From assembly GCA_951406725.2 (NCBI GenBank), contig OX597831.1:9300001-9364000 (forward strand): a DNA stretch of 64,000 bases. The letters are read 5' to 3'. The notes beneath the pieces were generated by a model. The model was not told the origin of the DNA. It saw only the letters and a list, made by a program, of their open reading frames with translations, and made no database searches. Of this stretch, positions 53,145 to 64,000 are shown piece by piece. Source of the DNA: Octopus vulgaris (taxonomy: Eukaryota). A program made the position numbers and the translations under genes. Position 1 is the first letter of the stretch. Every line of letters begins with the position of its first letter.

Positions 53145-53894
53145 AACACACACACACACACACACAAGGCAGGCTTCGTTCAGCGTCGGTCTACTATATC
53201 CACTCACAGGGATTTAATCGGCCCGAGGCTAGAGTGGGGGACACTTGCTTCAAGATGACATGCGGAAGGACTGAAACCGGAACCCACCAGACTTGACATG
53301 GTATTTTTGATTTAAATAATATCGGCTCTTAATACGCATGCTCAATACGGGTGGCACAACTTCTTATAAAAGACTGTCAGACGAACCCACTCCTTGGTGT
53401 GTAATAAACGTTTTGCGTTGCTTCAATGTTTATTATTAGTAAATAACCACGATTGCCAGGAAACATTTGACTGAACAAGACGAATAATTTGTTTTATCTT
53501 AAAACAGAGCCAGCGATGAGAGCAATAACTTGTTCATTAGAGTTTAATACTACAATAGTGTTATGTATGTAATAACTGCACATTGAATAGTTAAAAGGCT
53601 GGAATGTAACCGAGGCAAATGGAAAACCACATGAGATAAATGTCTTTGATATTGGGTAATGTTTTCGTAGGAAGTTTTATTGAAGAATCTCTGAGAAGAG
53701 AATTAAACATGAGCGTGCGAGTTATTTGATAAAGCTATACACGTACGTACGTACGTACGTACGTATGTATGTATGTATGTATGTATGTATGTATGTATGT
53801 ATGTATGTATGTATGTATGTATGTATGTATGTATGTATGTATGCATGAATGCATATATGTATTTCTGCATGTATGCATGCATGTATGTACAACA

Positions 53895-53950
<56 letters not shown>

Positions 53951-54383
53951 CTATATATCTATCTATCTATCAATCTAAATATACACACACGTACACACGT
54001 ACAAACACATATACGTAGTATATATATATATATATATCAGTACGTATATTTATATACATGTATATATGTACTTGAAATTATATCTGCCCGTATGTGTGTA
54101 AGTGGTGTGGTTCATTCATACACAAATTCGTATACGTCTAAGCATATATGTCGCTTGACGCCCGACGAGGTGCGTTCTCAGACCTGCCGACGAAACTTTA
54201 ATTCGTAGAAAGCTAAATCAAAATTGTTAGTAAATAACATACGTTACTCATATTAAATATGTTGAATGGTTGAGTGCGGCTGTCTTCCATTTGTCCACCC
54301 ATATAGATAAATAAATAAATAAACATATGTATATATATATGTGTGTATATATGCATACATATATGTACATACTTACATCTATA

Positions 54384-54426
<43 letters not shown>

Positions 54427-54655
54427 ATATATATATACACATACATAAATATATATATTCATATGTGGGCACAGGACGTCACGAAAAGTGTAAAACAAAA
54501 ATAAAACGAAGTACGAGTACATGGAATATGAACTAATTTTTCGAACATATATATATATATATATGTGTGCGTGTGTATGTGTGAGTGTGTGTATATATAT
54601 ATTACACACACACACAAAACACAGAAACACACACGTATATATATGTATATATTTA

Positions 54656-54701
<46 letters not shown>

Positions 54702-54754
54702 ATATATATATGTATATATCTACATGTATTTACATACACATATATATACTGTAG

Positions 54755-54795
<41 letters not shown>

Positions 54796-55479
54796 CATAC
54801 ATATCTATATGTATGTATATATATATATACATGTAAAGATATATGTATGAATATGGCGACCATGCTTGCTATGCGAGTGAACCGTCTGAGCTAAACACTG
54901 ACAATTTTTCTTCTAATTATTGCATTTAACGGCAGCGTAGATATTTGTGATGTCAAAAGCAACGGAAATAATGAAACACGTCTCATTATTAGCGTTAATA
55001 TTCAGTCGGCGACCCTGTCTAATGAAACATGGCAATTAGCGTTTGTCAAAGTCGTTATCTATGTAATATTGATTTGTTTAGTTGAGGCCCAGACGCAATA
55101 CGGCTTCTGACAAATGTATCGTCATTATTTCAAATCACAAAATAATATATACCGAGTTAGTTTCATAAGTAATATCGCGTTCATTATTGATTTGTTGAGG
55201 AGGAGTAATAACATCTGCCACAAGAACGATGACTAAAAGAAAACAACTACAAAAGAAAGAAAACAAAACAACAAAAAGCAGTGGAACTAGAATCAGTTTA
55301 GAAAAGTTTTGGAAACTATGGAACAAAGTTTCGTGGAGAAAACTGTTGAACAAGCCTTAAGGAAAGAACTGCGAATAGATGAGCGAATGTGCGGGATTTC
55401 TTTAGAATTATTAGTAAATCTTCCCTCAATGACAACTTAGTGTGTTATGAGTGTGTGTGTGTGTGTGTATGTGTGTGTG

Positions 55480-55712
55480 TGTATTCTTTTTCTTTTACTT
55501 TTTTCATTTATTTCAGTCATGTGACTGCAGTCATTCTGGAGCACAGGGTTTTAGTCGAAAAAAGCGACCCCAGGACTTATGCTTTGTAAGCCCAGTACTT
55601 ATTCTATCGCTCTTTTAGGCCGAGCCGCTAAGTTACGGGGACGTAAACACACCAGCATCGGTTGTCAAGCGATAGTAGGGGGACAAACACGGACAAAAAT
55701 ACACACACACAC
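55480..55712 (-). mobile_element. SINE family B, 3' half
   Basis: gctaagttacggggacgtaaacacaccagcatcggttgtcaagcg. Confidence 0.85.
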
Positions 55713-55823
55713 ACGAAGATACCATTGACTCTATTATTATCTAGTGTAACACTTAAAAAAACGATAACAGAATCAATAATATAGGTGATTGCAGTCCACC
55801 CAAAAGCATTAAATAGCTGAAAG

Positions 55824-55877
<54 letters not shown>

Positions 55878-56080
55878 GATAACCACCATGCTAAAAATAG
55901 CAGTGACAATTAAGGTGGTTTTAGAGTGAGATCATGACTGTTATATTTAGCATGGTGGTATCTCGTAGATACCCTAATTCCTAATGTTTACCTTTGAAGG
56001 TTATTTTTTCCATGCTGACCACTTGATAAAATCGGTATTTTATTTTTAAATTTACGATCTTTTCCATATATCTATGTCTG

Positions 56081-56163
<83 letters not shown>

Positions 56164-56168
56164 CTCTT

Positions 56169-56238
<70 letters not shown>

Positions 56239-56301
56239 GGTTAAATTAATACTTAATGTATAATTATGAAAATATAATTATTATAAAGGGCGTTGGAGGG
56301 A

Positions 56302-56760
56302 CAGCACCTAAACGCTAGAAATAGACATCAAACGACTACAAACCACTTAAGTTAGTATTCCGTTCAACACAGGAGCTGTATGGGAGGAAAATGGTCAGAA
56401 AGCATTTATTAAAATAGAGATAACGCTATATCTTAAGATTTCATGTTTTGCAACATTAAAATTGCTTTACAATCTCCCGTACTGATCGTAAATAAATGAG
56501 AAATACATATACATACCCATAGAAATACAATCGTACAAATACGAATATATACATGCATTCGGCACATATATACTTTGCACTGAACATTGTAAAGCGCTTT
56601 TAATCTTGCAAAACATGAAATCTTAAGATATAGGGTTATCCACAATAGTTTAATAAAGCCTTTTTCCGTCCATTTTCCTCCCATGCAAGCTTGTGATAAA
56701 CGAATAATATCTTAAGTCCTTTGTAGTCGTTTGAAGTCTATTTTTAGCGTACAGGCGCTG
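56302..56760. repeat. Diverged ~170-bp inverted repeat (fold-back, pLTR-like)
   Basis: 56302-56473 versus 56586-56760, e.g. tatatcttaagatttcatgttttgcaa and ttgcaaaacatgaaatcttaagatata. Confidence 0.8.
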
Positions 56761-56877
56761 GAGGGACAGCGCCTGTTATTATATTTATTTTTCATAGATA
56801 TACTTTAGATATCAATTTAACCCATATGGGTTTTTGAACACTGGCCACTGATGACTTTATCCTAATTATACACACAT

Positions 56878-56927
<50 letters not shown>

Positions 56928-56928
<1 letters not shown>

Positions 56929-57066
56929 GCGGTTCGGCAAAAGAGACCGGTAGAATAAGTACTAGGCTTACAAAGAATAAGTCCTGGGGTCGATTTGCTC
57001 GACTAAAGGCGGTGCTCCAGCATGGCCACAATCAAATGACTGAAACAAATAAAAGACTAAAAGAAA

Positions 57067-57106
<40 letters not shown>

Positions 57107-57535
57107 ATTCGTTTACTTGTTTCACTTATTTCACTGCGGCCATTCTGTAGCCTTAAAAAGTTTTAGTCGAAGAAATCGGCGCCAGGATTTATTCTTTGTA
57201 AGCCTGCTGCATATTCCATCGGTCTGTTTTGCAGAACCGCTATGCTACGGTGACGGGAACCCACCATTATCAATTTTCAAGCGATGGGGGGGGGGATGAA
57301 CGCGGATACAAAGACATAAATATGTACACCTCCACACACATACACACATTCACACACTCACACACATATACTAAGAGCTTCTTTCAGTTTCCTTCTACCA
57401 AATCCACTCACAAACATTTGGTTGGTCCGTGGCTATAGTAGAAGACATCTGGGCAAGGTGCCTTCAGTGGGACTCAACCTGGAACCATGTAGTTGGGGAG
57501 CAAGCTTCTTACCACACAGCCACGCCTGCGCCTGT
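56928..57535. mobile_element. Tail-to-tail SINE family B copies (+ 56928-57065; - 57105-57535) around (TA)n
   Basis: Both match the 47278-47770 consensus. Confidence 0.8.
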
Positions 57536-58589
57536 ACATATATTGAGGGAAATATGTATGTCTACATTTCAGGCGTGGTATTACTCTGCACCATGACACG
57601 TCGTCGGGAAATTTTCCTTGGATCCTTGAATGTTTCTCATTCTTGAAGAATCAGAGATATTCTTCGATGAAATCCAGCCTGAGTTATCCTATGCCCAGGG
57701 GTGTCTACAGTTAAGGCTATTTCTTCACGGGATCAAGCCTGATACGTACTCACTTTGAATCAACATCTGTTGCCCGCAGACCATTCTGCTGAAGGATTGG
57801 CCAATAAGCATCTGTTCTGCTTCTATCAGATCATATGTCGCTTGTCGTCCAGTGTTTTGAGATAATTCACGCTGCTTAGATTATTTCAATCTCTACCTCT
57901 TGTTCGCTTTCTCAATAAATTTATCACGTGGAATAAAATTCTAATACCTGCTCGGATGCTTACAAGATCGGAACCCGAGCTGACCTTTGCAATGGTGATG
58001 CAATAGCTTTTGAAAATTTCATTTGATTTTTACTTCAGAACCTCCCAGTTTGGTACCGATATCTGTAGACATACCGGGGGCTGTGTAGTCGTAGCCGCTG
58101 GTTTCATCGTTACACCAGCCTTGTCAAAAGTGATGGTCTTCGTCGATGGGCGGAGTCACTTACCTGTGTTTACTTATCTCCCTGTGGCTATTTGATATGA
58201 TCTTCAGGGAGTGGTCATTCCTTCTGGGCGTCGGCGCAGCAACTGAAGCCTAGCCTAGAGTTTTGCCCAGGGTTCTCTCTCTTCGGGAACAAATGGATCT
58301 GGTGTCTTTATATATACATACATACGTGCATACATAATACATACATACATACATGCATACATACATACATACATACATACATAAATACATACATACATAC
58401 ATACATGCATGCATGCATACATATACACATACATACATGCATACATACATACATACATACACACATACATACATACATACATATATACATACATACATAT
58501 ATGCATGTATGTACATTTATATGAGTATGTATATTGCAATCCAATATAATTTAACTTCCTTTGATTACCTTCTTCCGCCATTAACATTT

Positions 58590-59370
58590 TAACAAGAGAT
58601 TCTGAAGTCTTTTAAATACCATAACCAGACTAAAATCTAATAAAACGTGATACAACATGTCACAGCCACTGTTATACTTTCTGTCTAGTTCAAAATTATA
58701 TTCTAAGTAGCTTTTAAATTAGTCGGACTTTCTGATAAATTGTAGACTTTTCCCGTATTCGTCTACAAGTTTTGTCTCCTGATGAACAATACAGATATTG
58801 TTTTGGTGTTGGCAGCAACACTGATGAATGCATTGATATTTATTGTAAACAGTTTAATCCCCAGCTGATCAACGTAGGCCAAGCAATGTGATTAACAATT
58901 ATGCGCTTCAGTTCCTTGACAAATTTATATTCTTGTATTTATGCTTGATATCATAGACAAGATTGTTTTTTTATATATTCACCCACTCATGTCTGAGTTT
59001 CCAGACAACTTCATATTTTTATATTCTTGCTTCAGTTCCTGGTCTATTGTATATTATTATATTCATTCTTGAGTTCTAAGACAAGTTTTATATTCCTATA
59101 TTCATAGAGGTGTTCAAAGACAAGTTTATAAACACTGTTTATATGTTACTTTAATTCTGTTCATTGATTTATATTTATAGATGTCAAATTAAAAGACATG
59201 GCTGGAATTAAAGAACTGTCTGAAGGAATCTGTGACAAGATGGTAAATGCTTTCAGTCAAATAAGCAAAACAGAATGTGAGGAAATGCTTCAAAGAAAGG
59301 AAAATAACAATCATGTATTCAAATATTTCTACACGAAACCTTTGTGGTTACAAATGACAAACAAATAAAG
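58590..59370 (+). repeat. Local repeat unit, copy 6 of 6; best-preserved exon-like segment from 59181
   Basis: ttatag|AT GTC AAA TTA AAA GAC ATG...: VKLKDMAGIKELSEGICDKMVNAFSQISKTECEEMLQRKEN, open to the TAA at 59366-59368. Confidence 0.65.
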
Positions 59371-60440
59371 CAGCATGCTAAGTTGTCCTTCAAGATGGAA
59401 GAAGTAGCAGCCAAGAGTCCCTCTGATCACATCATATCGTCTTAGAAAAAACAAAAACACAAAAAAGAGGAAAAGAAAAGAAAATGAGGGAAGATAGCAA
59501 AACAAGAATAGATTTCTTAATGCAGACTTAAAAACCACAGAATGGAAGACGGAATGGTCAATGTTGGAGCGGTTCTGCTCCAGCTAAACAACAAACATAT
59601 TAAGAAGCAGCGTTGTTTTGTGTAGATTTACATCATTTGTATAATTCCTGGACTTTTATTCCACACATCCCAGTCGCGTATGCTGTTTAATATGGAGTTT
59701 GATTGACGCCTTTAGTGTCACATATCAGAAAATTTATTCTAAATCTCATCTACGGCATGGTTCTCTTTATAATGTACATGTCTGTTTTCTTTATGGTAAC
59801 ATAAGTTTTTCGTCTCGATGTTGATATATTGAACATCTCCTTATGGACGACTTATGAACCGTTACAAAACCGCGAGCTGAAAAATAGTTTATTTTATTAA
59901 ACAGATAGGATCATCGACGTGATAGCCTTTTTTCAGGATTAATATTTTGGCCAATTTAAGTAAAGAAACTGTTCTTTGATAATGAGAAAAATCAAGTAGT
60001 GTCAGTCTACTTAGCTTCTAAAGGTAAATCTTATAAGTGTTTTGTGAGTCATAAATAATTATAAATCTGTCTAAACGGTGTATTTCACTGGATGCAAATT
60101 GATGACCAGATTAGAAATGCATCTTGATACTTTACAATGTTGTCTGTATCCTCATTGATCTGAACCAGATGAAAAGTTTTATTCTGTTTAAAAAGAGAAA
60201 TTGAAAGTTTTGAATAACCCGTTGAAGTTCTCAAAGATCAGCTCTCTGATAATGATGCCCTTACGTTGTTACAGGTTGAAATACCAAGAATATCCTTCTC
60301 AGCGGTTTCCATAAGGGCAAAGGTTACCCATAGCAGATGAATTGGTAGTGACGTTATTCCTCAACATGTAACCTAGGGCATCGTACTGTGTTTATGGTCA
60401 AGACAGTTAAATATTAAGAACCCTTGTATACGTACATAAG

Positions 60441-60846
60441 CTATATATATATATATATATATATAAAAGAGAGGTTGTGTGCTGTCTGTCGCCTACGATT
60501 TAGATTCCTAACTACTCCCACATTTTGCGGTGCAGTTTAACCAAAACCGGGTATCTTATAGTCGTGATTCATATCGAGCCCTTCTGGGTATTAGCGCGCG
60601 TCTACAATGAGTCTACGATTAAAAAAAAATTACCATCAATTTTTCCCATTTTTAATGCATTTTTGGCATATATAAGGGAAGTAACTCTCTAAAAATTTAT
60701 TATTAAATCTCAGAACGTAAAAAGCTACAGTAACACCCCCCCTTTGTGGTTAGTCATATTAAGATGGCTATTATACTTTACATCTCTAAAAATGCTTATA
60801 TATTTATTTCCCTTACAAACCCGAGCAACGCCGGGCGATACTGGTA

Positions 60847-60847
<1 letters not shown>
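60441..60847 (+). mobile_element. Non-autonomous Helitron
   Basis: 5' c(ta)n-aaaa start; 3' hairpin cccgagcaacgccggg (60820-60835) followed by ctggtag|t, a variant of the CTRR end. Confidence 0.75.
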
Positions 60848-60902
<55 letters not shown>

Positions 60903-60905
<3 letters not shown>

Positions 60906-62080
60906 CAAAAACAATTAAGATCCAAGTGAATTCTAATGAATTCAAATGAATATGGTACTTAACTTAGATGCACCAGAATTCATTTATGGTATTAACTATA
61001 AAATAATGTGGGGTGATTATAACCAAGAAAAAAGCAACAAGAATGGATTAGTAGTTTAGTACAATTGTTTCATACTAAGGACAATTTTATTTGAAGCTGC
61101 AAATATTGCAGCAAATACTAATGTCCAGTATTCATCAGCTAAATCACATATATGTTCTCCAGACATCCTAGAGAGTTTGATTATCCTCATGATGTATTAG
61201 GAGTGAGTTCTATGAAATTTAAAGTCAAATTATAAGCAGACTTAAATTGCTTTCTAATGATGCACAGTTTTATGAAAAGTTTTTAAAAAGATTGTTAACT
61301 TCCCAGAGAAGGTGAATCCATCCATAAAAATGTAGATATAATTTCCGGAGATGTGAGGAAATCTGCTGGTCACACACTGGTTCATTTCACAACTAAGCTG
61401 TTGCCAACAGAATTTGGATTGTAGTAGCAAGACAGTCAGCGAAGCAGATTCAGCCCAAATAAAGGACATAATGGGAGGAAGGGAGTAGAGGAGTAATAAG
61501 ACATAAATATACCATAGACAAAGGTTAGTTTATTTCTGTGGTGACAGAAAATCTAGGTCAGTGTTGAAGGAATCTTAGATTTATAAAGGAATATTAAGTT
61601 TGACCTACACCTGCTAAGAACTGAGGCCCTCACAGAGTTAATGGTAGGATAAAGAATACAGAGAGGTCAAAGGAAAATATTAAAAGGGTCAAAGGCTATC
61701 AGTAGAGGAAGAAACAGTAAGAAAGTTAAGGGTAACACTAGAATCAAAGGTTATTTATTGTTTCTATTTTAACATATGTATATATTGTAAGAAAGGATTT
61801 TAGTCAACATCTAGAGGTCAAATAAGTTCAATAGTAAATGGTGGGAGAATTTTGCTTATTCAAAGTATATAGAGAAAATTACTTGTATTCGTAAGGAAAT
61901 AGTATTATTTATTAAATTTAGCATAGAATTAGGGAATATTATCAAAATTTATACGATTTAAGTTAGGTTAATCAAATTGACTATATAGACAATTAAATTA
62001 GCATCGTACAAATACTTGGTGTTCTTTCTTTCTAACTGTACCTTTTTAATTATAAAAATAAATAGTATTTCAGATTTTGG
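60903..62080 (-). mobile_element. Decayed Penelope-like element 3' region ending in a pLTR at (TA)n
   Basis: Weak PLE-like peptide traces (KFNNNT.., NTSNF, C..RKQF) upstream of the hammerhead on the minus strand. Confidence 0.45.
61055..61143 (-). ncRNA. Hammerhead ribozyme motif, core intact, extended stem II
   Basis: Minus strand tttag-CTGATGA-atactggaca...tgtccttagtat-GAAAC aatt GTA-ctaaa. Confidence 0.85.
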
Positions 62081-62213
62081 TGATTACTTCGATCCGGGTA
62101 CTTGTTTACGATGCGGTGTGCCATACTATACAAGAGTATGCGTCGTAGTTTTCCTCCTCCATCCACACAACCGTTTTGCAACACCATTCATATGCCAATA
62201 CTCTTCCTTATAT

Positions 62214-62447
62214 AAGGCGGCGAGCTGGCAGAAACGTTAGCACGCCGGGCGAAATGCTTAGCGGTATTTCGTCTGCCGCTACGCTCTGGGTTCAAATTCC
62301 GCCGAGGTCGACTTTGCCTTTCATCCTTTCGGGGTCGATTAAATAAGTACCAGTTACGCACTGGGGTCGATGCAATCGACTTAATCCGTTTGTCTCTCCT
62401 TGTTTATCTCCTCTATGTTTAGCCCCCTGTGGGCAATAAAGAAATAA
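62214..62447 (+). mobile_element. SINE family A, full length
   Basis: aaggcggcgagctggcagaaacgttagc (A box), gggttcaaattcc (B box), gtcgactttgcctttcatcctttcggggtcga, tail gggcaataaagaaataa. Confidence 0.9.
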
Positions 62448-63154
62448 ATATATATTATTAAAAGCAGAATATTATTATTATCTAATTAAAAGGAATTTTT
62501 TTTAGATAAGTGAAGAATCGTCGTGCAAATGACTAAAAATAGTGAAAAGTAGGGGAGAGGAGAAAATTAAAATTAATTAAAATTAATTAGATATAAATAG
62601 AAATACTTTGGATTACAAAAAAGGTGCGTAGATGGACAACATTTTGAGGGGAAATTATATAATTTGTTATTAAGATTCCGAGAGAGACAATCACAGCGGG
62701 GATGACAACAACAAAGAATTTTGCCTTTGATACGATTCTAAAACTCTTATTTCAATTTTCTCTTATAAATGGTTCGCCATAACAGCAGTTTAATACCATA
62801 TCCTCCTCTTCGTCGCTCTCACCGTCCTCGTCGTTCTCTTCCTCCCCTTCAACCCCCTCCTTCTCCTCCCTTTCCTCCTACACTTCTCCACTCTCCTCCT
62901 CTTCTTTCTCCCCCCCCCCCCCGCTCCTCTTTGTTTTCCACGCATCCTCTGTAATTCTAAAACCCGGCGACCATGCGAGAATTCCACTGTGTTCTTTACA
63001 GGGTGAATCAGAGCGATATCGACTCATCTTCTCTTCCCCCGCAGCATGATGACAGAGATTTCCCGGGAAGGCTTTAAGGAGGGGGAGGAGGTGATACGAG
63101 GGGTGGTAGTATCAGGAAGAGGAGGGGAAGAAGGCGGAGGGACGAAGTGGGCGG

Positions 63155-63158
63155 AATA

Positions 63159-63253
<95 letters not shown>

Positions 63254-63469
63254 AAGAAGAAGAAGAAGAAGAAGAAGAAGGAGAAAGGAACGGGAAGAAA
63301 TGGTGGGGGTGGCATGAAACGGAACGACAGGAAGCAGAACAACAAGTGCAGCAACAGTCACTGTTCAATGACAATGAAGAGAGCAGCATGATCATCGTCA
63401 TCATCATCAAGAGTAGCAGTAACGACAATATTTGTAAAGATATAACAAATAATAATAATAATAATAATG

Positions 63470-63545
<76 letters not shown>

Positions 63546-63800
63546 GAAGAAGAAGAAGAAGAAGTAGAAGGAGAAGGAGGAGAAGAAGAAGAAGAAGAAG
63601 AGAAGTAGAAGGAGAAGAAGAAAAAGAAGAAGAAGAAGAAGAAGTAGAAGAAGGAGAAGAAGGAGAAGAAAAAAGATGAAGAAGAAGGAAGAGAAGAAAA
63701 AAAAGAAAAGGATGATGGAGAAGAAGAGGAGGGGAGAAGAAGAAAGAGGAGAAGAGGGAGAAGAGGAAGAAAAAGAAGATGAAGTGGGGGAATAGGAAGA
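63155..63800 (+). repeat. (AAT)n/(GAA)n compound microsatellites
   Basis: Read directly; one of many (TA, CA, ATCT, ATAC, CAT, CCA, GAA)n tracts in the window. Confidence 0.95.
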
Positions 63801-64000
63801 AGGAGCAGAATCGATGGTTAGGAGGGTGAAAACAAAGGGCATCTTATTCTGTTTTGAAATCACTGAAAAGGTGAAAAGGTTCGTTTGAGTGATAAAATGA
63901 TTTCAAGTGATTTGACCTTAATATCGCTTTGCTCTCCAAAAACGCAGCAACAATGACAGCAACCTTCATCCCAGCAGTATTCCTTCCATACACCTCTGCA

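Noticed and set aside
54155-54205. CCGACGAG...CGAAAC
   Set aside because: No stem III/NUH site or stem I
57600-58300. Possible Gypsy gag/protease relic on the minus strand
   Set aside because: Only vague similarity by eye; needs BLASTX

Overview
Eukaryotic, AT-rich, microsatellite-saturated non-coding DNA. The SINE families look like the abundant octopus/cephalopod SINEs, so a cephalopod (probably Octopus) origin is inferred from recognition, not from a search. No intact host protein gene is recognisable, and almost all ORF-track entries are microsatellite artefacts. Transposon content: a young R4/Dong-type LINE with a restriction-like endonuclease inserted in (TAA)n and carrying a 5' inversion, decayed mariner and Tc1 transposases, Helitron remnants, CR1-like fragments, and many tRNA-derived SINEs. 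The most striking unannotated signal is a dense set (about 10) of minimal hammerhead-ribozyme motifs in Penelope-like (PLE) pseudo-LTRs. Several lie in fold-back inverted repeats next to (TA)n tracts, and some share recurrent core variants (CCGA, CUGU). Also seen: six same-orientation degenerate copies of an intron-plus-exon-like unit, a microhomology-joined templated insertion inside a SINE, and modular SINE chimeras. All coordinates were counted by hand; boundaries of decayed elements are approximate.
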